A stretch of DNA of 64,000 nt from Terriglobales bacterium (GTDB lineage: Bacteria; Acidobacteriota; Terriglobia; Acidiferrales; UBA7541): assembly GCA_035518615.1 (NCBI GenBank), contig DATIXL010000138.1, forward strand, positions 669 through 64,668, written 5' to 3'. Each line of letters opens with the position of its first letter. The stretch's first letter is position 1. The position numbers were made by a program, and so were the translations under genes. The notes under the pieces were generated by a model. That model had not been told where the DNA came from. It worked only from the letters and a program-made list of their open reading frames with translations, and searched no databases. This document shows, piece by piece, positions 41,606 through 51,175 of the stretch.

Positions 41606-42583
41606 ATGCCTTCGAAATGTGCCCTTTTCCTCTGGCTCGCTGCGTTTGGTGTGTCTGCCGCGCTCCTGCAGGCACAGCCGCCCGCCCACGGGCCCAAGAA
41701 AGACAAAACGAAGTCGGGCGAGACAACCCAAGCATACGTTCCGCCCGCCGATGCTTCTCAATACGTCGGTTCAGACACCTGCAAGACCTGCCACGAAGAT
41801 ATGCCGACGAAGGGCTTCTATAAAACTTTTGAGGATTCGCCTCATTTTGTAACGACCCTCAACACCGAGGGAGGTCCCGGGAAGCACGGTTGCGAAGCCT
41901 GCCATGGTCCCGGCAAAGCGCACGTGGATGGCGGCGGCGACAAGACCAAGATCTTTACCTTCAAGGACGCGTCCGCTCAGGAAATCAGCGCTCGCTGCCT
42001 CTCCTGCCACCAGTACGGACAGGAGCATTCCAATTATGCCCGCTCTGCCCATCTGCAGGCCGGAGTGAGCTGCATCGACTGTCACGATCCTCACCATCCA
42101 AAGGAATCGCAGTATTTGATGAAGGAAAAGGAACCCGAACTTTGCTACGGCTGCCACGTCGCCGAAAAGCAGCAGTTTGGCCTTCCATTTCATCACCGCG
42201 TGAATGAAGGCTATGTCTCTTGCAACGACTGCCACAATCCGCACGGAGGGTTCCTCGCCAATCAACTCCGCGCTTCCGCTACCGAAGATACGGTTTGCTA
42301 CAAATGCCATTCGGAAAAGGCTGGGCCGTTTGTTTACGAGCATGAAGCCGTGAAGATCGAAGGATGCACCTCGTGCCACACGCCGCACGGCTCTTCGAAT
42401 CCGCGCCTCCTCAAGCTTAATCAGGTGAACCTGCTTTGCCTGCAATGCCATGCCTTCCCAACGGGTCAAGGCCCCTCGGCGATCCCCACCTTCCACAACC
42501 AGGCGCAAAAATATCAAGCGTGCACCATGTGCCACACGGCAATCCACGGCTCGAATTCGAGCAGTGTCTTCTTCACCCCATAA
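41606..42583 (+). CDS. Decaheme c-type cytochrome, DmsE/MtrA/MtoA/PioA family
   Basis: Signal peptide plus exactly 10 CXXCH (CKTCH, CEACH, CLSCH, CIDCH, CYGCH, CNDCH, CYKCH, CTSCH, CLQCH, CTMCH); GPFVYEH and IHGSN family motifs. Confidence 0.93.
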   Translation: MPSKCALFLWLAAFGVSAALLQAQPPAHGPKKDKTKSGETTQAYVPPADASQYVGSDTCKTCHEDMPTKGFYKTFEDSPHFVTTLNTEGGPGKHGCEACHGPGKAHVDGGGDKTKIFTFKDASAQEISARCLSCHQYGQEHSNYARSAHLQAGVSCIDCHDPHHPKESQYLMKEKEPELCYGCHVAEKQQFGLPFHHRVNEGYVSCNDCHNPHGGFLANQLRASATEDTVCYKCHSEKAGPFVYEHEAVKIEGCTSCHTPHGSSNPRLLKLNQVNLLCLQCHAFPTGQGPSAIPTFHNQAQKYQACTMCHTAIHGSNSSSVFFTP

Positions 42584-42627
42584 GGGGGCCGGCGATGGGA
42601 GCAGCAAAGGCACAGGAGGATTTCAAT

Positions 42628-45084
42628 ATGCGAATGACGGTATCGAAGTGGTTTTCCCTCGCGACTTTCTGCTTGCTCTGCCTGCCGGCCGCAATGGCGC
42701 AGCAGGAACCCGAGCAGCAGGGCATTGATCAGGGCGATTACAACATCAAGCAGTCCATCGAATTCGGCGGACGTTTAACGAGCCTCTCCGGAGACTTGCA
42801 GTCCTACGACACCATGGTGAACTTGCAGCAAGGGCCCCGTTTGCTCGACTTCACGCTGGAGATGAGCTCCCTCAGCCATCACGCGACTTTGTTCGACCGC
42901 TTCTACTTCAGCAATTCCGGCTATGGCGGCGATCCCAACATGATTTCGCGTCTGCGTTTCAGCAAGAACAAGTGGTACGACTTTGATGCCCTGTTTCGCA
43001 AAGACGAGAATTTCTGGGATTATTCGCTGCAGGATAATCCATTGAATCCAGGCATTGCCGTCCCCAACGCTCCTGCAGGTTTTACCCCGATTTACAACAA
43101 TCCAGCCAATTTGGTGGGCACTGAAATCGTCGGCATCTCCCCGCACGATATGAACACACGCCGCAAGCTCGGCGATTATTCCCTGACTTTGCTGCCGACT
43201 TCGAAGATCCATTTCCGTCTGGGCTACGACCGCAATATCAATGAAGGCCCTGCTTTTACCACCATCCACCAGGGCACCGAGCAATTCCTGCTGGCCGACT
43301 CGAAAGCCACGGTGAACACATATCGCCTCGGCGTGGATTTTCGCTTCATTCCCCGAACCAACATCAGTTATGACCAGGTCTGGAACGACTTCAAAGGCGA
43401 CGTCGGAACAATCGATCCGAACGCACAATTCAACGTCGGCGCCGGGCTCCCTCTCGTGGATCTTGGCGTTTCCTGGAACCCCACGGCGAACACTCCCTGC
43501 GCCACCACTTTCTCCGCCACCACGGGTCTCGTCAACCCTGCCTGCAGCGGTTATTACTCTTACTTGCAGACTTCGCGCAGCCGTACCAATGCCACCACCG
43601 AACAGCTCAGCTTGCAGTCCAATTATTGGAAGAATTTGGAATTTTCGGGCAAATTCAGCTATACCGGCGCGGACTTGGAAGACGATGGTTACTCCCAAAA
43701 CTTCGTGGGTCTTGAGTCCCGCACCTTCCTCGCCAATGACACCACTAACGGGCCGATCTTCGGTCGCCATGTTGCCGCTTATGCCGATCTTGGCGCCACC
43801 TGGTACATCAACAGCCACATCAGCATCCTCGATTCCTTCCACTTTGAAAATTTCCGCGACCCCATGGAATTTGATTCCTCGGTCTGCTCGTTTTTCAGTA
43901 ACAGGTTGAATGTGCCCATCACCGCGTTCGCAACCACTGCGACTCCTCCCGTGACCTGCACTCCGCCGGCAGGCACGGCGATTGCGGCTTCGGTCACGCA
44001 TTCCACCAGCTCCGGCGCGGATGCCGCACTTCTCATCAACAGCAACTACTTGCAGCAGGACGAGAAGACCAACCTCGCCCAGGTAAATTGGCAAGTCAAC
44101 CGCCACTTCGGCGCCCATGCCGGTTGGCGTTATCGCCATCGCATGATCGCTGACGATTTCTTTACCCTGAACTCTGAAATCTATTATCCGGGCACGGCGG
44201 CGAGAGGCGATTGCGCCGGTTTTACCCTCGCCAACCCCGTCCCCGGATGCACCATGAACGCCGATGGCTCGCTCTCTTTTTTGACCCCGGACGCAACCTA
44301 TGTTCCGCCGGACCAGTTGTTTATCAACGAAAACGCCGCCGTATTTGGCTTCTGGGCCCGTCCCACAGATAATTGGCGCATGACCTTCGACACCGAATTC
44401 ATGACCGCGGACAACGCCTTTACGCGCGTCAGCCCACTCTCCTCGCAAAACTATCGTTTCCGGACAACCTACAAGCCCGCTACCTGGCTCAGCCTCAACG
44501 GCAACGCGTTAATCTGGCAAGGCAAGAACAATGTCGGTCAACTCTTCCTCGAGCACAATCGCATGGTCGGAGTCTCCGCTTTGATCCAACCCATGGAGAA
44601 AGTCACCCTGGACATCGGCTACAACTACGATGACATCTATTCACAAATTCCCATCTGCTTTACCAGCACGGCCAACGGTATCGTGAATCCGGGAATCGGG
44701 GCCTGCCCGAATGTCGCGGGGCTCGTCATGGACATCTCCACTTACGTGAACAAGACGCACACCGGCTACTTCAACTTTAGTTACTCACCGGTCCGGAGGT
44801 TTACCGCTCATATCGGCGCGAATCTCACGGGAACGGATGGCAGCGAACTGCGGCTCGATCCTCAAGCCACTGTACCCATTCAGGTCACCGGACCACTCAA
44901 TTCCAGCTGGCTGCATCCTTTTGGCGGAGTGGATATCCTGATTGCAAATCGCTGGACGGGAAAGGCCTATTGGGATTATTACGGTTACCATGAAGACCAG
45001 ACCCCGGGCGCTTTTCAGGATCTCTACGCTCCGCGTAATTTCCGGGGCAATTTGGTCACGCTTTCGGTACGATACGCTTTCTGA
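42628..45084 (+). CDS. Outer-membrane beta-barrel, MtrB/PioB-like partner of the decaheme cytochrome
   Basis: AGGAGG SD, signal peptide, 818 aa, aromatic/alternating beta-strand pattern, C-terminal SVRYAF. Position directly after the decaheme gene. The family call rests partly on synteny. Confidence 0.8.
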   Translation: MRMTVSKWFSLATFCLLCLPAAMAQQEPEQQGIDQGDYNIKQSIEFGGRLTSLSGDLQSYDTMVNLQQGPRLLDFTLEMSSLSHHATLFDRFYFSNSGYGGDPNMISRLRFSKNKWYDFDALFRKDENFWDYSLQDNPLNPGIAVPNAPAGFTPIYNNPANLVGTEIVGISPHDMNTRRKLGDYSLTLLPTSKIHFRLGYDRNINEGPAFTTIHQGTEQFLLADSKATVNTYRLGVDFRFIPRTNISYDQVWNDFKGDVGTIDPNAQFNVGAGLPLVDLGVSWNPTANTPCATTFSATTGLVNPACSGYYSYLQTSRSRTNATTEQLSLQSNYWKNLEFSGKFSYTGADLEDDGYSQNFVGLESRTFLANDTTNGPIFGRHVAAYADLGATWYINSHISILDSFHFENFRDPMEFDSSVCSFFSNRLNVPITAFATTATPPVTCTPPAGTAIAASVTHSTSSGADAALLINSNYLQQDEKTNLAQVNWQVNRHFGAHAGWRYRHRMIADDFFTLNSEIYYPGTAARGDCAGFTLANPVPGCTMNADGSLSFLTPDATYVPPDQLFINENAAVFGFWARPTDNWRMTFDTEFMTADNAFTRVSPLSSQNYRFRTTYKPATWLSLNGNALIWQGKNNVGQLFLEHNRMVGVSALIQPMEKVTLDIGYNYDDIYSQIPICFTSTANGIVNPGIGACPNVAGLVMDISTYVNKTHTGYFNFSYSPVRRFTAHIGANLTGTDGSELRLDPQATVPIQVTGPLNSSWLHPFGGVDILIANRWTGKAYWDYYGYHEDQTPGAFQDLYAPRNFRGNLVTLSVRYAF

Positions 45085-45146
45085 GGTGGTTTCCGGTCGC
45101 TGCCACAGATTTCGTTCTGCAACTTCTTTTCTGGGGGAAAACCGCT

Positions 45147-45476
45147 ATGAGACTCAACTGGACAACAAGGATCGCGCTAGGCGCGGGCATTCTTGCGGCC
45201 GCAGGGATGCTGGCAGTTTCGGCTCGTTCTGCCGAGAGTGCCGCAACCGTCTATAAGCAGAAGTGCGCAGGTTGCCACGGTGCGGATGGTAAGGCCGACA
45301 CGCCCGCCGGCAAAGCCATGAAGGTTCCCAGCTTTGCGGAATCAAAAGGTAAATCCGATTCGGAACTCGCGGACATCATCGAAAAGGGCAAGGGCAGGAT
45401 GCCCAAGTACGGCGCCAGCATGAAGCCGGACGAAATCAAGGAGATGGTCGCCTATATCCGGACTCTCGCGAAGTAG
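45147..45476 (+). CDS. Monoheme class I cytochrome c (periplasmic shuttle)
   Basis: Signal peptide, single CAGCH, GRMPKY distal Met. Confidence 0.92.
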   Translation: MRLNWTTRIALGAGILAAAGMLAVSARSAESAATVYKQKCAGCHGADGKADTPAGKAMKVPSFAESKGKSDSELADIIEKGKGRMPKYGASMKPDEIKEMVAYIRTLAK

Positions 45477-45663
45477 TGGCCCGGTTCTGCCGCGAATCGC
45501 GGCGGAGCCATCTGATCCCTTGGCAGACTCTGAGGCTCATTCCTTCGTTCAGAGTGTCGAGTCCCAAGACGGAATTCTCTTGGTCCTCTCGCCTGCAAGG
45601 AGAGGCGCACTTGCGGTTTTCGTGTGAATGTTCACGGAGGAAAGTGAGGTGTAACTACTTCCT

Positions 45664-47112
45664 ATGGGTTCAGCTGATTTCCTCCGAGACCGGTTTCGTC
45701 TGTTCTACTTCTTTGGCCAGAATTGGATTTCTCTGGCGGGCGCCGTCCTTACCACCAGCAGCGCCTTCACGCTGATCGCTTTTTGGTTTTACGAGTTCGC
45801 TCTTTCCGGCCCTGTCCATCCCTACGTCGGGATTCTCGTTTACCTGATTCTGCCTTTCGTGTTCGCATTCGGCTTGGTCCTCATTCCCATCGGAATTTTC
45901 CTGCACCGCAGGCGTCTTCGTGCTCTAAATCAGATTCCTTCCGTCTATCCCCATGTCAACCTCAGTTCCCCCGGTGTGCAACACACCGCGCTCTGGATCG
46001 GAGGTCTCACTTTTCTGAATTTGCTCATCATGGGCACCGCATCCTACAGCGGCGTCACTTATATGGACTCCGCCAAGTTCTGCGGCCAGACCTGCCACAC
46101 CGTCATGCAGCCGGAGTTCACCGCCTACCAGAATTCCCCCCATGCCCGTGTTGCCTGCGTGGAATGCCATATCGGCCCGGGTGCCGGGTGGTTCGTTCGC
46201 TCGAAGCTCTCCGGCGTCCGCCAGGTTTTTGCCGTTACATTTGACACCTACTCCCGGCCCATCCCTTCTCCCGTCAAGTATCTCCGTCCTGCGCGCGAAA
46301 CCTGCGAACACTGCCATTGGCCGCAACGCTTCAGCGGAGATCGCTTCCTGGTTCTCACCAAATATCAGGACGACGAAAAAAACACCAAACTTACAAGTAT
46401 CGTCGTCATGAAAATCGGCGGCCGCAACGGCGAAACCGATGTCGGTATTCATGGCCATCACATTTCCGCGCATGAAAATCTTCAGTACATCACCACCGAT
46501 CGCCAGCGCCAGGTGATCCCGGTCGTCTTCTACACCGACCCCAGCGGCAAGACCACCAAGTACGTCTCCACGGACATCAAGGCCACGCCACAGCAGCTCG
46601 ACGCTGGCGAGCGCCGCGTGATGGATTGCATCGACTGCCACAACCGCCCGACGCATACCTTTGAAACTCCGGAGGAGGGCGTGGACAAGAGATTGGCGGA
46701 AGGCCTCATCAGTACGGATCTTCCTTTCATCAAGAAGGAAGCTGTTCAGGTTCTGAAGGAAAAATATGCCGATCGCGATACCGCGCAGCGAGAAATCGTC
46801 AGCCAGATCAATGATTTCTACAAAACCAACTACGCCGTCCTGTACCAAAGCCATACTTCCGCGGTGCAACAATCTGCCGAGCAGGTTGCAGGGGTTTATC
46901 TGCGCAATGTCTTTCCGGCCATGAACGTTACCTGGGGCACGTATCCCAACAATCTTGGACACATGGATTATCCCGGCTGCTTCCGCTGCCATGATGGCAG
47001 CCACACCAGCGCCGACGGCCAGACCATTACCAACGATTGTTCCGCCTGCCACACTCTCCTGGCGGTGGACGAGCAAAACCCCAAGGTCCTGACGGACTTG
47101 GGGGTACAGTAG
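45664..47112 (+). CDS. NapC/NirT-domain multiheme inner-membrane cytochrome c (ImcH-like)
   Basis: Three N-terminal TM helices; heme motifs CGQTCH (CX3CH), CVECH, CEHCH, CIDCH, CFRCH, CSACH; 482 aa. Confidence 0.85.
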   Translation: MGSADFLRDRFRLFYFFGQNWISLAGAVLTTSSAFTLIAFWFYEFALSGPVHPYVGILVYLILPFVFAFGLVLIPIGIFLHRRRLRALNQIPSVYPHVNLSSPGVQHTALWIGGLTFLNLLIMGTASYSGVTYMDSAKFCGQTCHTVMQPEFTAYQNSPHARVACVECHIGPGAGWFVRSKLSGVRQVFAVTFDTYSRPIPSPVKYLRPARETCEHCHWPQRFSGDRFLVLTKYQDDEKNTKLTSIVVMKIGGRNGETDVGIHGHHISAHENLQYITTDRQRQVIPVVFYTDPSGKTTKYVSTDIKATPQQLDAGERRVMDCIDCHNRPTHTFETPEEGVDKRLAEGLISTDLPFIKKEAVQVLKEKYADRDTAQREIVSQINDFYKTNYAVLYQSHTSAVQQSAEQVAGVYLRNVFPAMNVTWGTYPNNLGHMDYPGCFRCHDGSHTSADGQTITNDCSACHTLLAVDEQNPKVLTDLGVQ

Positions 47113-47151
47113 CCAGGCAATAGAAGGAAAGCTGACGTTCGGAGTGGTTCG

Positions 47152-49302
47152 ATGATGGGCTCGCCTGACGAAGACGGTTCGCGCCACTGTGTTCGAACGG
47201 CTGCGTTTTCCGCGTTGGCGTTCCTTCTGTTCGCGGCCTTTCCAATTCTCGCTCGCTCGCAGAGCCCCAAACCGCTGAAGCAGGATGAAGAATGCCTCTC
47301 CTGCCACGGCCAGCCGGACTTCAAATCAGAAAAGGGTAAGAATCTTTCGATTGATCCGGCGAAACACGCGAAGAGCGTGCATGGGATTCTCGGCTGCCGC
47401 GATTGCCACACGGATCTCAAGGAATTTCCCCATCCCGCCAAAATTCAGAAGGTACAGTGCTCCACCTGCCACGCGGACGAAGCTCACGATATTCCAAATA
47501 GCATTCACGCCGCGCTGGGCGAGGACGCCTGCCAATCCTGCCACGGTGATCCGCACGTCATCGAATCCGCAAAAGCCGCTTTCACGAACTGTAAAACCTG
47601 TCACGAGCAGGAAGTCAAGGGGCTTCAGGAAAGCATTCACGGCGAGGCCGCCAAATTCGGCGATCCTTACGCCCCGAATTGCGAATCTTGCCATGGTCCG
47701 GTACATAAAATCCTCTCGTCAGGCGATTCGAACTCCACGGTGGCGAAGAAGAATCTTCCAGGGACCTGCGCCACTTGCCACAGCAATCCGGAATTTCTCT
47801 CGCACCACAAAATTCCCTTCGCGCATCCCGTCGAGCTTTATCTTCAGAGTGTGCACGGCCGCGCCGTCCAGGCGGGAAACGCGAACGCCGCCGCGTGCTC
47901 CGATTGCCACGGCAATCACGCCATTTTCCCTGCTCGCGATCCCCGTTCGAGCATCAACCATTGGAACGTCGCGAAAACCTGCGGCCAGTGTCACACGGAA
48001 ATCGCAAAAACCTATCTCGCAAGCATCCATGGCCAGGCCATGCAGGAGGGCAACACCGACGCGCCCGTGTGCACCGATTGCCATGGCGAGCACCTGATCC
48101 TCGGCCCGAAAGAGCCCCAATCCCTCGTGAATGCCGCGCGCGTTTCCACGGTAACGTGCGGCCGATGCCACGGTGAAACGCGCCTCGCCGTCCGCTACAA
48201 CCTGCCGTTGGACCGCGTGCCGACCTACGCCGACAGCTATCATGGACTGGCGAACCGTGAAGGTTCGCAGACCGTGGCCAACTGCGCCTCGTGCCACGGC
48301 GTGCACAACATTTTCCCTTCCAGCGATCCCCGATCAACGGTGAATCCCGCGAATCTCGCCAAGACCTGTGGACAGTGCCACGCAGGGGCGGGGCAAACCT
48401 TTGCGATCGGCCCCGTGCACGTGATGATTTCGAGCGCGAACGCCAACCCGGTCGTGAAATGGATTCGCTGGGTCTATCTGACGCTGATTCCTTTTACGCT
48501 CGGTTTCATGTTGTCGCACAACTTGATTGACCTGCTTGCGAAAATGCGCCGCCAGGCCGTCCGGGTGAACGGCGGGCCTCAGGTCGTTCGCATGAATCTG
48601 TGGTTCCGCATTGCGCACTGGGGCGTGATGCTGAGTTTTCCCGCGCTCGTGATTACCGGATTCGCGCTGAAATATCCGGACGCGTGGTACGCGCACCCGC
48701 TGTTGTATTGGGAAGGAACTCACTTCGCGCTGCGCGGCCTGTTGCATCGCATCGCTGCCGTGATTCTCATTGCGTCCACGCTCTACCACTTCATCCATCT
48801 TTCCGTGAACAGGCGCGATCGCGCGTTTTTGAAGGCCATGCTGCCGAAATTCAAGGACGCCACCGACCTCCTGCATGTTTTGCTCTACAACCTTGGCTGG
48901 CGGAAGGATTCGCCGAAGTTTGGAAAATTCAATTATGCGGAAAAGATGGAATATTGGGCGTTTTTGTGGGGCACCGCCGTCATGGCGCTCTCCGGTTTTC
49001 TGCTGTGGTTCAATAATTTCACGCTCCGTCATTTTCCGAAATGGATGGCCGACGCCGCCACTGCGGTGCATTTTTATGAAGCCATCCTCGCGACGTTCTC
49101 GATTTTAATTTGGCATTTTTATATCGTGATTTTCGATCCGCTCGTCTACCCCATGGACACCGCTTGGCTCGATGGAAAAGTTCCCGCCGAACATTACCGG
49201 CACACCAGGCCGGAATATCTCCACAAACTGCAAGAGCCGCCGCCAAAGCTTCCTGAAAAAGAAAAACCGCAGAAGGAAGAGAAAGAACAGAAAGAAGAGT
49301 AG
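47152..49302 (+). CDS. Multiheme cytochrome c / cytochrome b fusion (CbcL-like)
   Basis: Signal peptide, 13 CXXCH, then a multi-TM FdnI/b-type domain with His in RIAHW, LLHR, YHFIH, AVHF and IWHFY; GKFNYAEKMEYWA. Confidence 0.87.
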   Translation: MMGSPDEDGSRHCVRTAAFSALAFLLFAAFPILARSQSPKPLKQDEECLSCHGQPDFKSEKGKNLSIDPAKHAKSVHGILGCRDCHTDLKEFPHPAKIQKVQCSTCHADEAHDIPNSIHAALGEDACQSCHGDPHVIESAKAAFTNCKTCHEQEVKGLQESIHGEAAKFGDPYAPNCESCHGPVHKILSSGDSNSTVAKKNLPGTCATCHSNPEFLSHHKIPFAHPVELYLQSVHGRAVQAGNANAAACSDCHGNHAIFPARDPRSSINHWNVAKTCGQCHTEIAKTYLASIHGQAMQEGNTDAPVCTDCHGEHLILGPKEPQSLVNAARVSTVTCGRCHGETRLAVRYNLPLDRVPTYADSYHGLANREGSQTVANCASCHGVHNIFPSSDPRSTVNPANLAKTCGQCHAGAGQTFAIGPVHVMISSANANPVVKWIRWVYLTLIPFTLGFMLSHNLIDLLAKMRRQAVRVNGGPQVVRMNLWFRIAHWGVMLSFPALVITGFALKYPDAWYAHPLLYWEGTHFALRGLLHRIAAVILIASTLYHFIHLSVNRRDRAFLKAMLPKFKDATDLLHVLLYNLGWRKDSPKFGKFNYAEKMEYWAFLWGTAVMALSGFLLWFNNFTLRHFPKWMADAATAVHFYEAILATFSILIWHFYIVIFDPLVYPMDTAWLDGKVPAEHYRHTRPEYLHKLQEPPPKLPEKEKPQKEEKEQKEE

Positions 49303-49351
49303 ACTCGCACCTTGCGGTTTTGCCTGCGGCGAAATCTCTCTCGAGGGCGGC

Positions 49352-50014
49352 ATGGTACAAGTTGCCATTGATCCGGCATTGAAAGCGAAGTGCCCGCGCG
49401 TTGCTCTCGGCTGTGTTTCCGCGAGCGTCGAAGTGGCCCCGACTCCCCCGGAACTCGAAGCCGGATTGCGCGCTGCCGAGGAGAAAATCCTGAAGTTGCC
49501 GGAGCCGCGCGCGGTTTTGGAATCTTCCGCAGTTCTTGCGACGCGTGCTGGATACAAGGCGCTGGGAAAAGATCCGGCTCGCTATCGAGGATCCGCAGAA
49601 GCTTTGCTTCGCCGTGTGATTTCCGGAAAGAATTTGCCGCACATCAATTCCGTTGTGGACATCATCAATCTGGTGAGCGTGGAAAGCCGGCTGCCCATCG
49701 GTCTTTACGATCTGGCGCATGTCGAAAGCGCGATAACCTTTCGCGCGGGCCGCGCCGGAGAATCCTACAAGGGCATCGGCAAATACGATTTGAATCTCGA
49801 AGATCTCCCGCTTTTCGCGGATGCGCTCGGGCCGCATGGTAGCCCAACGAGTGATTCTGAACGCACCATGGTCACTCCGGCGACGAAGCAGGTTCTGGCG
49901 ATTGTTATTTCTTTCGGTGGCGAAGCGCCGCTGGCCTCGGCCTTCTCCCGGCTGGAAGAACTTCTTCTCTGCCACGCCGCAGCGGCCAATCTCGAGACTT
50001 GTATTGCGACCTGA
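49352..50014 (+). CDS. B3/4 domain protein (PheT-like tRNA-editing fold)
   Basis: YKALGKDPARYRGSAEALLRR, INSVVDIIN, PIGLYD, DALGPHGSPTSDS. Confidence 0.9.
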   Translation: MVQVAIDPALKAKCPRVALGCVSASVEVAPTPPELEAGLRAAEEKILKLPEPRAVLESSAVLATRAGYKALGKDPARYRGSAEALLRRVISGKNLPHINSVVDIINLVSVESRLPIGLYDLAHVESAITFRAGRAGESYKGIGKYDLNLEDLPLFADALGPHGSPTSDSERTMVTPATKQVLAIVISFGGEAPLASAFSRLEELLLCHAAAANLETCIAT

Positions 50015-50020
50015 GCCTTT

Positions 50021-51175
50021 TCAACGAACTGCAGGTTCACTCACAGCCTGCTCTGAAACTCCAACCCGATTTTTGAAGAAACCGCGGGAAGCGAGGAGTT
50101 CGGCGTTCAGGAGGGCTGCGCCGGCGGCGCCGCGCACGAGATTGTGCGAGAGCAGCGTAAGCTTGACGTCCAGCAAAGGACATTCGCGTACGCGGCCGAC
50201 GACGGCGGTCATGCCATTTCCGGCGTTCAGATCGCGGCGCGGCTGAGGCCGATTTTCCTCTTCCAGCACCACGATCGGATTTTTCACCGCGGTCGGCAAC
50301 GCGGCGATCTCAGGATCTACAACAAAGTTTCGCAGCGCTTCTCGTACTTCGTGAAGACTGGCGATTTTCTTCAGGCTGAGCGAAACGGATTCGAGGTGGC
50401 CGTCCTGCACGGGAACGCGGTTGCAATGCGCGCTGATGCCCAAGCCCGCATCCACAAAGCGCGCGCCATCCCATTTGCCGAGCAGCTTCTGCGGCTCGGC
50501 TTCCATTTTCTCCTCCTCCCCACTGATGAAAGGCACGACGTTGCCAACGATGTCCATGGATGCGACGCCAGGATAACCCGCTCCCGAAACGGCCTGCATG
50601 GTGACGACAAAGATTTTCTCGAGACCGAACGCGTCAGCAAGCGGCTTGAGTACAAGAACGAGGCCTGCCGTGGAGCAGTTTGGATTGGTGACGATGAAGC
50701 CGTCCTGATAACCGCGATTCTTTCGCTGCGCATGGATGGCGTCGAGATGCGCGGCGTTCACTTCCGGGATCAGCAATGGAACGTCGGCGTCCATACGGCG
50801 ATTTTTCGAGTTGCTGACGACCGGATAGCCTGCCTGAGCGAAATTCTCCTCGGCTTGTCCGGCGACGGAGGAATCCAGCGCGGAGAAGACAAAATCGCAA
50901 TCGAGGATGGGATCGAGGTCCTTCACGACCAGGCCGCGCGCGGCACGCGGAACGGGCGCCTCCAGATGCCAGCGCACCACGTCTTCATATTTCTTGCCGG
51001 ATGATCTTTCGGAAGCGGCCACTTCGGCGAGTTCGAACCAAGGATGGTTTGCGAGGAGGTGCACGAGCCTCTGGCCCACCATTCCCGTGGCGCCGAGAAT
51101 TCCGGCGCGGAATTTCTTTTCGAGGGGCATCGCAGGCAAGCCGGCGTCGCTATTGCCGGAGAGTGCGGCACTCAT
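50021..51175 (-). CDS. asd: Aspartate-semialdehyde dehydrogenase (archaeal/fungal-like type)
   Basis: GATGMVGQR, NPNCST, MQAVSGAGYPGV, HCNRVPV, SHNLVRGAAG. Confidence 0.95.
   Translation of the reverse strand: MSAALSGNSDAGLPAMPLEKKFRAGILGATGMVGQRLVHLLANHPWFELAEVAASERSSGKKYEDVVRWHLEAPVPRAARGLVVKDLDPILDCDFVFSALDSSVAGQAEENFAQAGYPVVSNSKNRRMDADVPLLIPEVNAAHLDAIHAQRKNRGYQDGFIVTNPNCSTAGLVLVLKPLADAFGLEKIFVVTMQAVSGAGYPGVASMDIVGNVVPFISGEEEKMEAEPQKLLGKWDGARFVDAGLGISAHCNRVPVQDGHLESVSLSLKKIASLHEVREALRNFVVDPEIAALPTAVKNPIVVLEEENRPQPRRDLNAGNGMTAVVGRVRECPLLDVKLTLLSHNLVRGAAGAALLNAELLASRGFFKNRVGVSEQAVSEPAVR

Noticed and set aside
42775-44448. 557-aa minus-strand ORF
   Set aside because: Antisense shadow of the porin gene.
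49172-49351. Lys/Arg-rich N-terminal extension of the B3/4 ORF
   Set aside because: Overlaps the 3' end of the CbcL-like gene; the real start is likely ATG 49352.
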